DNA of 64,000 bases from Macrostomum lignano (Eukaryota). The stretch spans positions 158,261 to 222,260 of the forward strand of contig NIVC01001165.1 of NCBI GenBank assembly GCA_002269645.1. Direction: 5' to 3'. A model generated the notes under the pieces. It saw nothing but the letters and a program-made list of their open reading frames with translations. It made no database searches and was not told where the DNA came from. Position 1 is the first letter of the stretch. The number at the start of each line of letters is the position of its first letter. This document shows positions 22,040 to 33,850 of this stretch, one piece after another. The translations under genes and the position numbers were made by a program.

Positions 22040-23500
22040 TGCGACTTAACTCAGTCCTGCTGCGACTTACCTCGGCCCTGCTGCGACTTACTCGGTCCTG
22101 CTGCGACTTAGCTCGCCCTCAGTGCGACTTAGCTCTCGCTCGGTGCGACTTAGCTCGCCCTCGGTGCGACTTAGCTCGCCCTCGGTGCGACTTAGCTCGG
22201 TCCTGCTGCGACTTAGTGCGACTTAGCTCTCGCTCGGTGCGACTTATTTTGCCCTCGGTGCGACTTAGCTCGCCCTTAGTGCGACTTAGCTCGGTCCTGC
22301 TGCGACATAGCTCGCCCTCAGTGCGACTTAGCTCTCGCTCGGTGCGACTTAGTTCGCCCTCGATGCGACTTAGCTCGGTCCTGCTGCGACTTAGCTCGCC
22401 CTCGGTGCGACTTAGCTCTCGCTCGGTGCGACTTAGCTCGCCCTCGGTGCGACTTAGCTCGGTCCTGCTGCGACTTAGTGCGACTTAGCTCGGTCCTGCT
22501 GCGACTTAGTGCGACTTAGCTCTCGCTCGGTGCGACTTAGTTCGCCCTCGGTGCGACTTAGCTCGGTCCTGCTGCGACTTAGTGCGACTTAGCTCTCGCT
22601 CGGTGCGACTTAGTTCGCCCTCGATGCGACTTAGCTTGGTCCTGCTGCGACTTAGCTCGCCCTCGGTGCGACTTAGCTCTCGCTCGGTGCGACTTAGCTC
22701 GCCCTCGGTGCGACTTAGCTCGGTCCTGCTGCGACTTAGTGCGACTTAGCTCGGTCCTGCTGCGACTTAGTGCGACTTAGCTCTCGCTCGGTGCGACTTA
22801 GTTCGCCCTCGGTGCGACTTAGCTCGGTCCTGCTGCGACTTAGCTCGCCCTCAGTGCGACTTAGCTCTCGCTCGGTGCGACTTATTTTGCCCTCGGTGCG
22901 ACTTAGCTCGGTCCTGCTGCAACTTAGCTCGCCCTCGGTGCGACTTAGCTCGGTCCTGCTGCGACTTAGTGCGACTTAGCTCTCGCTCGGTGCGACTTAT
23001 TTTGCCCTCGGTGCGACTTAGCTCGCCCTTAGTGCGACTTAGCTCGGTCCTGCTGCGACATAGCTCGCCCTCAGTGCGACTTAGCTCTCGCTCGGTGCGA
23101 CTTAGTTCGCCCTCGGTGCGACTTAGCTCGGTCCTGCTGCAACTTAGCTCGCCCTCGGTGCGACTTAGCTTGGTCCTGCTGCGACTTAGTGCGACTTAGC
23201 TCTCGCTCGGTGCGACTTAGTTCGCCCTCGGTGCGACTTAGCTCGGTCCTGCTGCAACTTAGCTCGCCCTCGGTGCGACTTAGCTCGGTCCTGCTGCGAC
23301 TTAGTGCGACTTAGCTCTCGCTCGGTGCGACTTATTTTGCCCTCGGTGCGACTTAGCTCGCCCTCGGTGCGACTTAGCTCTCGCTCGGTGCGACTTAGTT
23401 CGCCCTCGATGCGACTTAGCTCGGTCCTGCTGCGACTTAGCTTGCCCTCGGTGCGACTTAGCTTGCCCTCGGTGCGACTTACCTTGTCTTCAGTGCTGCA
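22040..23500. repeat. Array of roughly 70 TGCGACTTA(G) motifs in 21-bp and 10-bp units in the hAT right subterminal region
   Basis: Units such as ctcgccctcggtgcgacttag and ctcggtcctgctgcgacttag. The same core occurs three times at 17357-17415. Confidence 0.95.
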
Positions 23501-26210
23501 ACTTACAGCACTTACAACTCTTTTTGTGTTTTTCTCTTTCTCTTTGCTCCCTTTTTCTCATTTTTTCCTTTTCCTTTCCCCTTTTTCGTCTTTTGTTTTT
23601 TCGTTTTTTTTGGCGGTTAATCAATTTTGCGACTTACTTGGTTGGCCGCCAAATCGGTCGGCCGGATCGGCCGACTCGGCCGACTGTTGCGCATGTATGA
23701 TCCCAAGGTTATGCCTAAGCATGTTCTATTGTCATCACCCTAAAGAAAGGAAAGTGTTAACTATGGTATTTGCTATGTCAATGATAAAATTGGCTTATTG
23801 GTAATTATAAGCAATAATCACAACTAAGTATCAATGTTATATCAACTAGTCAATATGACAAATTCTTTTTTTACCTAGCAGAACTATGAAGATAGTTATA
23901 TTGCATATACAAATGACAATTATAATAATATTGACATCATATAAACTATATACATAACCTTGGGAATCACCCAGCCATCTCTATTGGCAACACATGGCTG
24001 AGAATAGTCACATGACTATTCTGTCCAATTGCAACTTATATATATGTATAAAATTCTATCTTATTATACTTAGACCAATGCTAAGACTTAGGCTCAGAGG
24101 TGCATTATAATCTATCACCTAAGGTCATTATCATCTAAGGTCAAGGACTTTATACACTGCAATTATGCGCTGCATGTGCGAGGAACTTCAGTGTGTGCCA
24201 TGATTGTGCCATAGTCTGGATCACGCTGGGTGCACGCCCAAACAAAAATTGAATAATTACAAATGCATGCCGAAAAAAATTAATGCATGCCCATTTTCAA
24301 AAATACACCATTGTTGTAACAATAAAAGACTTTTTTTACGTTACGACAATAAAAGACCTTTTTTTAAATTGCGTAATACACCCTTATTATTAAATAATTT
24401 TGTTGCTTTTAAAGCTTTTTCGGCAATACTATTTATAGCGTAATAGTGAAAAGTTTATACACGCAAAGCCAAAGGTTCATTTAAATACTCTTTTACGAGC
24501 TGGAAAAAACTGCAAAGCTAGAAATTTGCGCCTAAAAATGAACTTTTTTATCTTTTTTCTACTTTACAATAACTCTTACCTACAATTCTATCAAGTGCAT
24601 GCCAGGTGTGCATGCATACTTTTTTTGGAGTGCAAGGCCAATGTATACCCAAATTTTCAGGCATATACTACATGATACGAGGAATGGAGTGTGGTGATTG
24701 TGCGCCTCGTATGCCAGGGACCTCAGTGTGCGCCATGATTGTGCACCAAGGACCCCTGGTGTATGCTGGAATTTTCCATGGCAAAGGCCACCTTCCTGAC
24801 TATGGGGTTAGGGGATGCTCAAATATGCTAACATCAGCTTTTCAGATGAAGAAAGTGTGAAAAACATTGAAAAAATAGTTTAACAAATGTCAAATCAAAT
24901 GATTTGAGAATGTCAAAAAGTGAAATATATTCAATATTTCAAAAAAATGAAAAAAATCAAATAGAACATGACCTTAAAAATTTCATTAATTTGATATAGT
25001 TTAATGAGAAAGTGAGTAGGTTTTTTAGGCCTAGGCCTACAAAAAAATTTGAGTCTGCAGTCTGGCCTACACCCTACTATACTACAAGGTAAAGCTTAAT
25101 ACCGAATTTAATTACTAGGCCTAGCCTAAATCATGTGACGTGGGTATACTGTCTGAAAATGTGCTCACTGAATGATACTGAAAAGAAATAAACAAAAAGG
25201 CTTAGGAAAATGGGAAAAATAAAACGATAAGCTTTCTTTCCATTCCATGCCATTGCCATGCAAGGGGCATAAGTTTCAATGCATTTTGACTTGATACCCA
25301 ACATTGTTTCTTTTATTCAAATAAAATCGTGCATCATAAGTAGCTACGTGCAGCGCTTAGCCCTCATCGTGCTTCTAATTTACCTTGCAGAAGGCCGTTC
25401 GTTTGTTTGAGCCAGGAGCTAAGATGCGAGGTACATGCGCGCGGGAGGTAAAATTGATTTTTTTTCTACAATTGATTCAGTGGTAAATTTGACAGTTATA
25501 ACAAAATTGTACTAATATTATTATTTGGAGAAAATTTATTCGAAAAGAAATTAATTTGGTGCTACAAAATTTAGACCGATTTTTTCCTAAAATATTTACA
25601 TATCTTAGTTGGTACTTTTACGATTTAGTTTCAATTTCTGTCTAATGCCACATTAACTTAGTTTTTCCCACTAGATTTTATGCCATTGAGCCGTAGAAAA
25701 TTGTTTCGTGCAAAATTCTTTTATTTACATAAACTTATAAAACCCAGTAACAGACAAAAATTGTGTGCCTAATTATAATACAAAATTACTCTTTTTGCTG
25801 TTTGCCCATGGTTTCTCTGACAAAAAAAGTTTAAAGTCTTTTGTTTTAGCACCAATTGTCATTGTCATTCGCAGAAAATCGGTATGCAATTTACATACTG
25901 TATATATGTTCACGTAAGTAGTCGCTACACTAATAATGATGTATATGTTCAGTCACTGCAATTTTCTACACCGCCCGCAGTGCATATATGGTCCAGCGAG
26001 TGCGCAGCGCGTGTGCCTGTTACCTTCGCAGATTTGCAGATTTCTATATTTGCTCCATACATGTACACATGTATGTTTCAAGAATGCACACTGCGCGCAT
26101 GCGACACGCAAAAAGACGGTGATTGTGAATGCTCTGCAAACAGGTTTTGCTAAAATGGCTTATTGCATTATATATATAGCCTGCATGTTGCAGAGGAAGA
26201 CACCATGCAG

Positions 26211-29200
26211 TGTTAAATCGACTAACTCTTCGAAACCGAAAAAAATAACTAAGTAGGCAAAAATCGGATGCTTGTAGGCTTCAATACCTCTGCGTTCTCG
26301 CGCAGGCAAAACAAAACAACCAAGTTAGTAAAAAAACACGCTGACCAAAAATCACGCCCTTTTTAATTATTATTTAACGTGGGGTGGGGTTAGCAAATCG
26401 AGGGGGGTTGGCTCATGTACATTAAATAAAGAGAAAATACATGTACAATTAAATAAGTAAAACCCCAAAAATATGACAAAAAATTAACCTCCAGAACATT
26501 CCCCCCTTCCTGATTGGGGCCAATCAGCAAAAAAGCAGAAAAAAAATTGCCTCCTTGAAACTTACGTGCAATTAATTGAAACGGTTGCAAGCATAATTCG
26601 AAAAAACAGTAAACTCCTGTAAACAAAAAAATAAATCGCGCGAAATCAGAAATTAACATTAAGAACGCATGCAATGTGAAGTGTCAATTGGGATCAAAAG
26701 ATAGTGTGCCAAATATAAACCTTTGCAATCGCTAGCCAACACAAAAAATCTCTGCTAAGAAACGAACACAAACGAACTCAAAGATGCTCAAACGATAATT
26801 AGTGAAATAACACGGGATGAAAAATGTCTTGAAAACTTAAATAATCTCTAACTGTAAACATATGAAAAAATCAAAGCACAAAATCTGCCAAAAGAACTCG
26901 CATTCAAGCAAGCAACAAGTCTTTTTACTCAAAATAAAAAAACACAAATTACGCAAAAATAAGCAATCCATCACCACTTCAGCTATTAGGAGCAAAAAAC
27001 GGCAAATAATGACACGAAAAAGATAAATAATTCCAAACACCATAAACTAGCCGTCAAAAAACTACATATTTGAAAAGTTTTGTTTAGCAATAAGTCAACA
27101 GTCACTGTTCACCTCGCTGCAGCAGACACAACTTCGTCACGGGTCGCAGCACTGTCCCACCGCCAGTCCGCACCTTGGCCACGCGCACATGGCCGTCTCG
27201 TCCAGGAAATACCTCGAGAACTCGCCCGAGCGGCCAGTGTCCTCGAGGCGCATCCGCTCGTAGCGCCAAGACGATGTCGCCGACAGCGAGATCCGGCTGC
27301 TCCTTGACCCACTTGGATCTGGCATTGAGTCTTGGCACCCACTCACGCAGCCATCGGTGCCAGAAGTGCCGCACCAGCTCTTGGACACGTTGCCACCGCC
27401 GGCGCGGGTCGCGGCTGACCTCGGTCGAGACTTCCGTAGCAAAGTCACCACCCAGCTGTCCATGCAAGAAATGGTTTGGCGTCAACGGCGTGTCGTCCTT
27501 TGGGCTTGCGGTTTGGTATGTCAACGGCCTGGAATTGATAAGCGCTTCCGCACCGGTGAAGGTGGAATGCAGCTCTTCGTCGGTGATGTCAGCGTTGCTA
27601 AGGATGGCGCGCACAGCTCGCTTAGCGGCGCGAACCATAACTTCGTGGGCGCCGCCGAAATGGGGCGCCGACGGAGGCTGGAAGCGCCACTTGATGCCGC
27701 GCTCAGCTGCCGCTCTCTGGATTTTGTTCTGCTGCTCGTTTTCGAATTCTCGTAGTTCTCGCTCGCCTTTGACAAAGTTGCCGCCGTTGTCCGAGTAAAC
27801 TTCGAGTGGCCGGCCTCTACGGTTGATCATGCGCGCGAAAGCATTCAGAAACGAGTCAGAATCCAAGCTATACGCCATCTCTAGGTGCACGGCTCTCGTC
27901 TCCAAACAGGTGAACAGGGCCAAATACCTCTTCGTTCGCCGTCTTCCGCGTCCTTGTACCGTTTCAAACGGACCACCGAAGTCGACTGCCACAAAGCTGA
28001 ACGCTCGGAGAGAGTTCTTCAGCCTGGCCTCTGGCAGCGGCGCCATCTGCTGCACCTCCGGTCCTGCTTTTTGCCTTCTGCATCGCGCGCACTCCTTCTC
28101 CCATTCTCGAATGGCTTCGCGCCCACCGATCACCCAAAACTTCGTCGACATCGCTGCCAGCGTCTGGTTTGTTCCGCCATGTCCTTGATCTTCGTGATAG
28201 TGCTTCACCAACAACTTCGTGACCCAACTTCGCCTCGGCAGAATGACCGGATGCTTGGACTGATATGACAGATTCTGGTCGAACTTCAGTCTTCCGTCCA
28301 CTCGCAGCAGTCCGTCTTCATCAAGAAATGGTTGGAGACAGCGAAGCTGACTGCTGGAGAAGACTGGCTTTCCCCTACGCACCTGCTGAACTTCTGCTTT
28401 GAAAGCTTCTTCCTGAGCCACGCGTAGGATTCGATCCTCAGCTTCTTGCAGCTCCTCGACCTCGAGGTCACCAAGTCGTCTCTCATCTCGTGGAAGTCGG
28501 CAATTACTGATGAAGCGCTGAACCCATGCTGTCACGCTACGCAGCCTGCGGTAGCTCGAAAATCGCTCTGGATTCAAACGACAATCGTTGTCTGTGGTGT
28601 CGTTCGACAACAGAGTTACGGCCGCCGATTTACTACTCTTGCTCGCCTCTCGCCGAACTTCTTGATCTCCGTCAACCGATGTCGGAACTAGCCTTGCCGG
28701 CCAGCCATCCTCATCTAGCAGCAGAAACTCTGGTCCCGCGCTCCAGACCGCTGATTGGCAAAGGTCTTTGGCGCTACAGCCTCGCGATACGGCATCAGCG
28801 GGGTTCAGATCGGTCGGCACGTGACGCCACTGACAAGTCTTCACCGCCTCCTGAATGAACGCAACACGATTTGCTACGAACGGCTTGAAAATTCTACTGC
28901 GACCTCGAAGCCACCAGAGCACATTTGCACTGTCACTCCAGAACACCGACTCTCTCAGGTCTAAATCGAGCGCATCTGCCACCGTCTGGGCGAGTCGCAC
29001 GCCAAGCACCGCCGCCATGAGCTCGAGTCTGGGGATGCTGCATGCTGCCAATGGAGTTACACGTGCTTTTGCGGCTACAAGACGAACACAGATTTCGTCC
29101 AGGCTTGTGGCGCTCCTGAGATAGATTACCGCGCCGTAAGCCACCTGAGATGCATCCACAAAGACGTGTAGCACTGCCTTTTTGGTAGGATCAGGCCATA

Positions 29201-32200
29201 GACATCGTGGAATTTTCAGCATGCTCAACTCTTCAATCTCCGCTGCCCATTGCGTAGCCTTCGCGGCAACTTGCTGGTCCAAGGGCTCATCCCAATCCGC
29301 TCCATTCTGCCAAATCTCCTGCAGAAGAATTCGCCCGCGAATTGTAAATGGACTCAGAAACCCGCATGGGTCGAACACCATCGCAACGCGCTTGAGCAGC
29401 TGTCGTTTCGACTCAACGGACACTTCCTTCGCACCTGCATTTCCCGTGATCGCGAGCATATCATCATTGGCTGTCCAAGTCACTCCCAACGCCTTCGACG
29501 TCGCCATTTCTCCACGAAGCACGTGCTGCGCTTTCACCGCTCGATCCTCCGGAGCTACTGTCTCCAACACCTCAGACGCGTTCGACATCCATTTTCTCGC
29601 ACGCATGCCGGCTTTTTCCCACAGAGCTGTCAGTTCGCGGCGCAACTGGATAGCTTCATGGACGCTGTTCACTGAGTCCAAACTGTCGTCCATGTAGGTC
29701 GACTTCAGAATGGTTTCTGACGCTCTTGGAAAAGTTTCCTGATGACTCCTAGCATGCTCCTGCGACACGAACTGAGCAAGAAACGGCGAACAATTAACTC
29801 CAAAAACGACACTCTGAAACTCGAATACCTCAAGTTTGCCCGTTTCGGTCCTGTCTCGCCACAAAAATCGAAAGTAGCACCGATCTTCTGGCTTGAGGCG
29901 AATTCTGAGGTACATCTCTTCAATGTCGCAAACGATTGCCACTGGACCGCGACGGAATCGAAGGAGCACTTGAAATAGGTCGTTCTGAAGCTTCGGTCCT
30001 GGAAGGATGACGTCATTGAGACTCACTCCTTGGCAGCGCGCGGAAGCGTCAAACACGATACGGACCTTGGTGGTGTCCTTGTCTTCTCTGATTACCGGAA
30101 AATGCGGCAGGTACCATTCGGTGTTTTGAAGCTCACTGCTGTCTTCGACCTTCTTGAGATAACCTTTTTCCAACTGGCCTTCCAACACCTCCTGATACGC
30201 TTTTGGCAATCCTTCACTCCTCTGCAGTCGCTTCTCCGTGCTGATCAGTCTGCGTTCCGCAGCTTCACGATTGCTCGGCAGAGCACGATTTTGAGACTTC
30301 CATGGAATGGCTACCTGATATCTTCCTTCCACCACCGACATCGACTCCTTGACTACCGCCACAGCACGCTGCTCATCCGCAGTTAACGTCCCTCTTTCGC
30401 GGTTCAGCTCAGCTACATCAGGAACTTCCTCGATCGCCCACAACCTTCGAACCTGACTGTCGACCTGATCTTGACACTCGTGGCAGAGGAACGATTCCCC
30501 GCTCTTGCTGCTTCCCTCATCCGAACCTAACTGCCCGATGCAGGTCCATCCAATAGGAGTCAGTCGAGCTATTGGTTCCCCTGGCATTCCACAGACTTCT
30601 TTGCAAGCCAGATGCATCTCGGCATTGTCGACACCGATAAGCATGTCAACCGTCTTCCGGCTTGATGTTGACTCAAACGGAATGCCTCTCAGATGCGCCC
30701 AGTGCTCCGCCAGTTGACTCCAATCAACTGCCTTCATTCCGCCGGTTACTTTCTCCGCTGTGAAAGCAACAATTTTTGTCTCAAACGCTGCATCGACACT
30801 CCGGACTGTCACCTCTACAGGCGCTGTTTCAAACGACTCGACTCCTCCGTTGAGCACCTTAACGTTTATGCGCTGAAGTTTACCTTCGAGTCCCAGCTCT
30901 GCTGCTACGTCCGCATTGAGGTACGTGCGCGTACTCGCATCATCAAGCAACGCGTTGATCCGAACTTGGCGCTCACCAGCCACCAATATCACCGGCACCG
31001 TCCTCAACGCAGTTTCCTTTACGACTTCAGCCAGCATAGTGCGCTCCTTCTTCGTCGCCGCTGATATGTCCTCCGCGGGTTTTCGTGCCTCTCCTTCGCC
31101 GCCTCTCGTCACTGCAGCTGCTGGTTTCGGCTCCCGCTTCTGGTGAAGCATTCGATGGTGTTTTCCTTGGCAACCATCTACGCCACAGGTTCTAGACCGC
31201 CGACAAGCTAAACCAGAGTGATTGACGCCGAGACAATGAAAGCACAGCTTCTTCTCACGAGCAACGGCCCATCGCTTCACTACATCCATCTCCACAAACT
31301 TCGGGCACTCCCAGGCGCCATGGCTTCCTTCACAGACACGGCAGTTTTTCTTGCGCTGCTCATCGGCTCTCGTTGACTCCGCGACAGCGCCAAAATGCGT
31401 TCGAGCTGTTTCCGTGCGCTGCATCCCGCTGAATTTCTTACTTTGCTCCATCTTCCCTGCTCCTGGCCCATTCTGTGCCGCAACTCCATGCACTGCCTCC
31501 ATAGCAACCGTCTGATACTCAGCCTCCCGCAGCAGCCATTGATGAAGAGCGCTGAGCGTGTCATTTCTGCCATTCTCCCCTACCCATCGGTGATACCGTG
31601 CCAGGGTGTCAGTCGGCAATTTCTTTTGCACGCGAAGATGAAGCAATCCATTGCTGTCTAGTTCAGCTTCATGACCCGCCTCTATCAGATTGATAACCGC
31701 TACATCCACCAGATCAGCCAGCTTCTTCAACTGAGGCGCGCTCTCCGTCACAATGGGCCGAAAACGGTCTAGATCCTCCAACACTAGCACCAGCCGGCGC
31801 CGCTCTCCTCCATATTCTCTCTCCAACCTATCCAGAGCCGCCTTGTACGCAAATTCAGAATGCCCCAGGTTGGCTATTAGCTTCAGCGCATCGCCCTGCA
31901 GACACTGCCTCAGTTGCAATAGCTTGTACACTCGAGAGGAGGGTGCAGCATCTACACACGCGTAAAAGGCCGCCTTCCACCCCTCGTATTGACGCTTATC
32001 ACCTGAGAAACTGGGAATCGCCACCCGCTGCAATTGCCGCCACATGTCCTGACTGACCTGCCTCTCCGCTTCTTCTCTCACCCTCTGTGTACACTCTTGC
32101 TGAACGATTGGCTCTCTAAGTTGCCACTGTACACTGGCTGACTGTGAGGTGGCTGGCCTGGGTGCAGGGTTTTGTTTTATCGATCGCTCGCCTGACCCCC

Positions 32201-33207
32201 CTTCGTGGGCAGTCCAATCAGCTTTTTCACTCCTGTCTGGCGCAGCGCTTACACCCACCTCAGCCCCAATCGACTGTTCAGCCAAACCTGAACCTGGGCT
32301 TGCCCTTTCACACGGGCTCTCTGCCTTAGTGCTGCCAGTAACAATTTTCAATCGCCTCAGCTCCTCTGCCAACTGCTCATGCCGTTGTTGATAGTCTCTC
32401 TCTAGCTCTCTCTGCACCTCTTCCAACTCCAGCGCTCTGTGCTCTGCGGCTTGCACTTTTCGCTGCTCTTCCTCACGCCTCTGCTGTTCTTCAGACTCCG
32501 CCAAGCGATCCTGTTCCTCCCTCTCAGCTGCTTCGCTTCTGCTACGATCTTTCCAGAACTCGGTCATCAGACCCACAGTCTCACCATAGTCCTTTTCAGC
32601 ATTCTCCAGCTCCTTGATCGTTTGGCGACGCAGTGGCAGGTCGTTTCCGGCGAGCTCCAACAGCTTCTCCAGCTCAGTTGTCACCGCCTCGAATAGCTTC
32701 TCCATGAGAGTCGCTTGCTGTTGTACTTCGGCGCCGTCTTGACCACCAGCAGCGAGTTGTTGTACCAGCCGGTTTCTTCCTTTGGTGAATGCGGCCTTGG
32801 CCCTCGTCTTGGCGGCCTTCGCGTCCATCAGCTTGCGTTCTTCCTCGTCCGCCGGCGGGTAGTTCGACTCGAATTCTTCTCCGTCCTTTTGCATTTTTCA
32901 ACCACGCTCTGCTACCAGTTGTTAAATCGACTAACTCTTCGAAACCGAAAAAAATAACTAAGTAGGCAAAAATCGGATGCTTGTAGGCTTCAATACCTCT
33001 GCGTTCTCGCGCAGGCAAAACAAAACAACCAAGTTAGTAAAAAAACACGCTGACCAAAAATCACGCCCTTTTTAATTATTATTTAACGTGGGGTGGGGTT
33101 AGCAAATCGAGGGGGGTTGGCTCATGTACATTAAATAAAGAGAAAATACATGTACAATTAAATAAGTAAAACCCCAAAAATATGACAAAAAATTAACCTC
33201 CAGAACA
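26211..33207 (-). mobile_element. Full-length BEL/Pao LTR retrotransposon, apparently intact and young
   Basis: Two 288-bp LTRs (26211-26498, 32920-33207), TG...CA, identical by eye. 5-bp TSD TGCAG. PBS TGGTAGCAGAGC (initiator tRNA-Met) at 32906-32917. PPT GGAAGGGGGGAA next to the 3' LTR. Confidence 0.97.
27102..32894 (-). CDS. BEL/Pao gag-pol polyprotein, 1930 aa
   Basis: Gag with CCHC arrays, protease (LLDDAS), RT (DIEEMY, YMDD), RNase H (VFVDAS) and integrase (HxxxxHGG, CARC, DFGGP, SDNGGNF), with no interruption. Confidence 0.97.
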   Translation of the reverse strand: MQKDGEEFESNYPPADEEERKLMDAKAAKTRAKAAFTKGRNRLVQQLAAGGQDGAEVQQQATLMEKLFEAVTTELEKLLELAGNDLPLRRQTIKELENAEKDYGETVGLMTEFWKDRSRSEAAEREEQDRLAESEEQQRREEEQRKVQAAEHRALELEEVQRELERDYQQRHEQLAEELRRLKIVTGSTKAESPCERASPGSGLAEQSIGAEVGVSAAPDRSEKADWTAHEGGSGERSIKQNPAPRPATSQSASVQWQLREPIVQQECTQRVREEAERQVSQDMWRQLQRVAIPSFSGDKRQYEGWKAAFYACVDAAPSSRVYKLLQLRQCLQGDALKLIANLGHSEFAYKAALDRLEREYGGERRRLVLVLEDLDRFRPIVTESAPQLKKLADLVDVAVINLIEAGHEAELDSNGLLHLRVQKKLPTDTLARYHRWVGENGRNDTLSALHQWLLREAEYQTVAMEAVHGVAAQNGPGAGKMEQSKKFSGMQRTETARTHFGAVAESTRADEQRKKNCRVCEGSHGAWECPKFVEMDVVKRWAVAREKKLCFHCLGVNHSGLACRRSRTCGVDGCQGKHHRMLHQKREPKPAAAVTRGGEGEARKPAEDISAATKKERTMLAEVVKETALRTVPVILVAGERQVRINALLDDASTRTYLNADVAAELGLEGKLQRINVKVLNGGVESFETAPVEVTVRSVDAAFETKIVAFTAEKVTGGMKAVDWSQLAEHWAHLRGIPFESTSSRKTVDMLIGVDNAEMHLACKEVCGMPGEPIARLTPIGWTCIGQLGSDEGSSKSGESFLCHECQDQVDSQVRRLWAIEEVPDVAELNRERGTLTADEQRAVAVVKESMSVVEGRYQVAIPWKSQNRALPSNREAAERRLISTEKRLQRSEGLPKAYQEVLEGQLEKGYLKKVEDSSELQNTEWYLPHFPVIREDKDTTKVRIVFDASARCQGVSLNDVILPGPKLQNDLFQVLLRFRRGPVAIVCDIEEMYLRIRLKPEDRCYFRFLWRDRTETGKLEVFEFQSVVFGVNCSPFLAQFVSQEHARSHQETFPRASETILKSTYMDDSLDSVNSVHEAIQLRRELTALWEKAGMRARKWMSNASEVLETVAPEDRAVKAQHVLRGEMATSKALGVTWTANDDMLAITGNAGAKEVSVESKRQLLKRVAMVFDPCGFLSPFTIRGRILLQEIWQNGADWDEPLDQQVAAKATQWAAEIEELSMLKIPRCLWPDPTKKAVLHVFVDASQVAYGAVIYLRSATSLDEICVRLVAAKARVTPLAACSIPRLELMAAVLGVRLAQTVADALDLDLRESVFWSDSANVLWWLRGRSRIFKPFVANRVAFIQEAVKTCQWRHVPTDLNPADAVSRGCSAKDLCQSAVWSAGPEFLLLDEDGWPARLVPTSVDGDQEVRREASKSSKSAAVTLLSNDTTDNDCRLNPERFSSYRRLRSVTAWVQRFISNCRLPRDERRLGDLEVEELQEAEDRILRVAQEEAFKAEVQQVRRGKPVFSSSQLRCLQPFLDEDGLLRVDGRLKFDQNLSYQSKHPVILPRRSWVTKLLVKHYHEDQGHGGTNQTLAAMSTKFWVIGGREAIREWEKECARCRRQKAGPEVQQMAPLPEARLKNSLRAFSFVAVDFGGPFETVQGRGRRRTKRYLALFTCLETRAVHLEMAYSLDSDSFLNAFARMINRRGRPLEVYSDNGGNFVKGERELREFENEQQNKIQRAAAERGIKWRFQPPSAPHFGGAHEVMVRAAKRAVRAILSNADITDEELHSTFTGAEALINSRPLTYQTASPKDDTPLTPNHFLHGQLGGDFATEVSTEVSRDPRRRWQRVQELVRHFWHRWLREWVPRLNARSKWVKEQPDLAVGDIVLALRADAPRGHWPLGRVLEVFPGRDGHVRVAKVRTGGGTVLRPVTKLCLLQRGEQ

Positions 33208-33480
33208 TGCAGAAACCAGCAAGAAAAATCTGTGAGATCTGGGCAGAAAACTGGGTCAGAAAATATTTTTCGATATATAATTTTTTAATCAGAACTTTCA
33301 CACTTCTTCCATATTAGTTGCAGCAATCGAAGCATAGCGAGAGCAGCTTAACAACTCACTGTTTAAATCATGAATCAATTTGAGAATTACAAGAAATTGC
33401 TTTTAGATCTTAATTAGGCAATTATAGTAATAATGTTTGTCTTGAAAATCTTTCTTTGATTTGCTTTTATTTCAGATAAA

Positions 33481-33850
33481 AGGCGGGGTGGGGCAGGCCG
33501 GAGGTGGGGTGGGGCAGGCCGGAGGCGGGGTGGGGCAGGCCGGAGGCGGGGCGGGGCAGGCCGGAGGGGGGTGGGGCAGGCCGGAGGCGGGGTGGGGCAG
33601 GCCGGAGGCGGGGCGGGGCAGGCCAGAGGCGGCGTGGGGCAGGCCGGAGGCGGGGTGGGGCAGGCCGGAGGCGGGGCGGGGCAGGCCAGAGGCGGCGTGG
33701 GGCAGGCCGGAGGCGGGGTGGGGCAGGCCAGAGGCGGCGTGGGGCAGCTGCCGGAGGCGGATTGGGGCAGGCCGGAGGCGGATTGGGGCAGGCCGGAGGC
33801 GCAATGGGGCAGGCCGGAGGCGGGGTGGGGCAGGCCAGAGGCGGGGGTGA
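33481..33850. repeat. GC-rich 21-bp minisatellite (GGGGCAGGCCGGAGGCGGGGT), about 17 copies
   Basis: Tandem copies. The G-tract pattern is compatible with G-quadruplex formation. Confidence 0.95.

Larger units (their letters stand above)
17324..23699 (+). mobile_element. hAT-superfamily DNA transposon, 6376 bp, transposase inactivated
   Basis: Perfect 14-bp TIRs CATACATGCGCAAC / GTTGCGCATGTATG and an 8-bp TSD ATCCCAAG (17316-17323, 23700-23707). Confidence 0.93.

Noticed and set aside
25884-26256. Cys-rich short ORFs left of the BEL element as a second toxin-like gene
   Set aside because: No signal peptide with a consistent exon chain and no recognisable cysteine framework.
26499-27101. env-like gene in the BEL 3' region
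   Set aside because: A-rich 600 bp with only a 68-aa low-complexity ORF.
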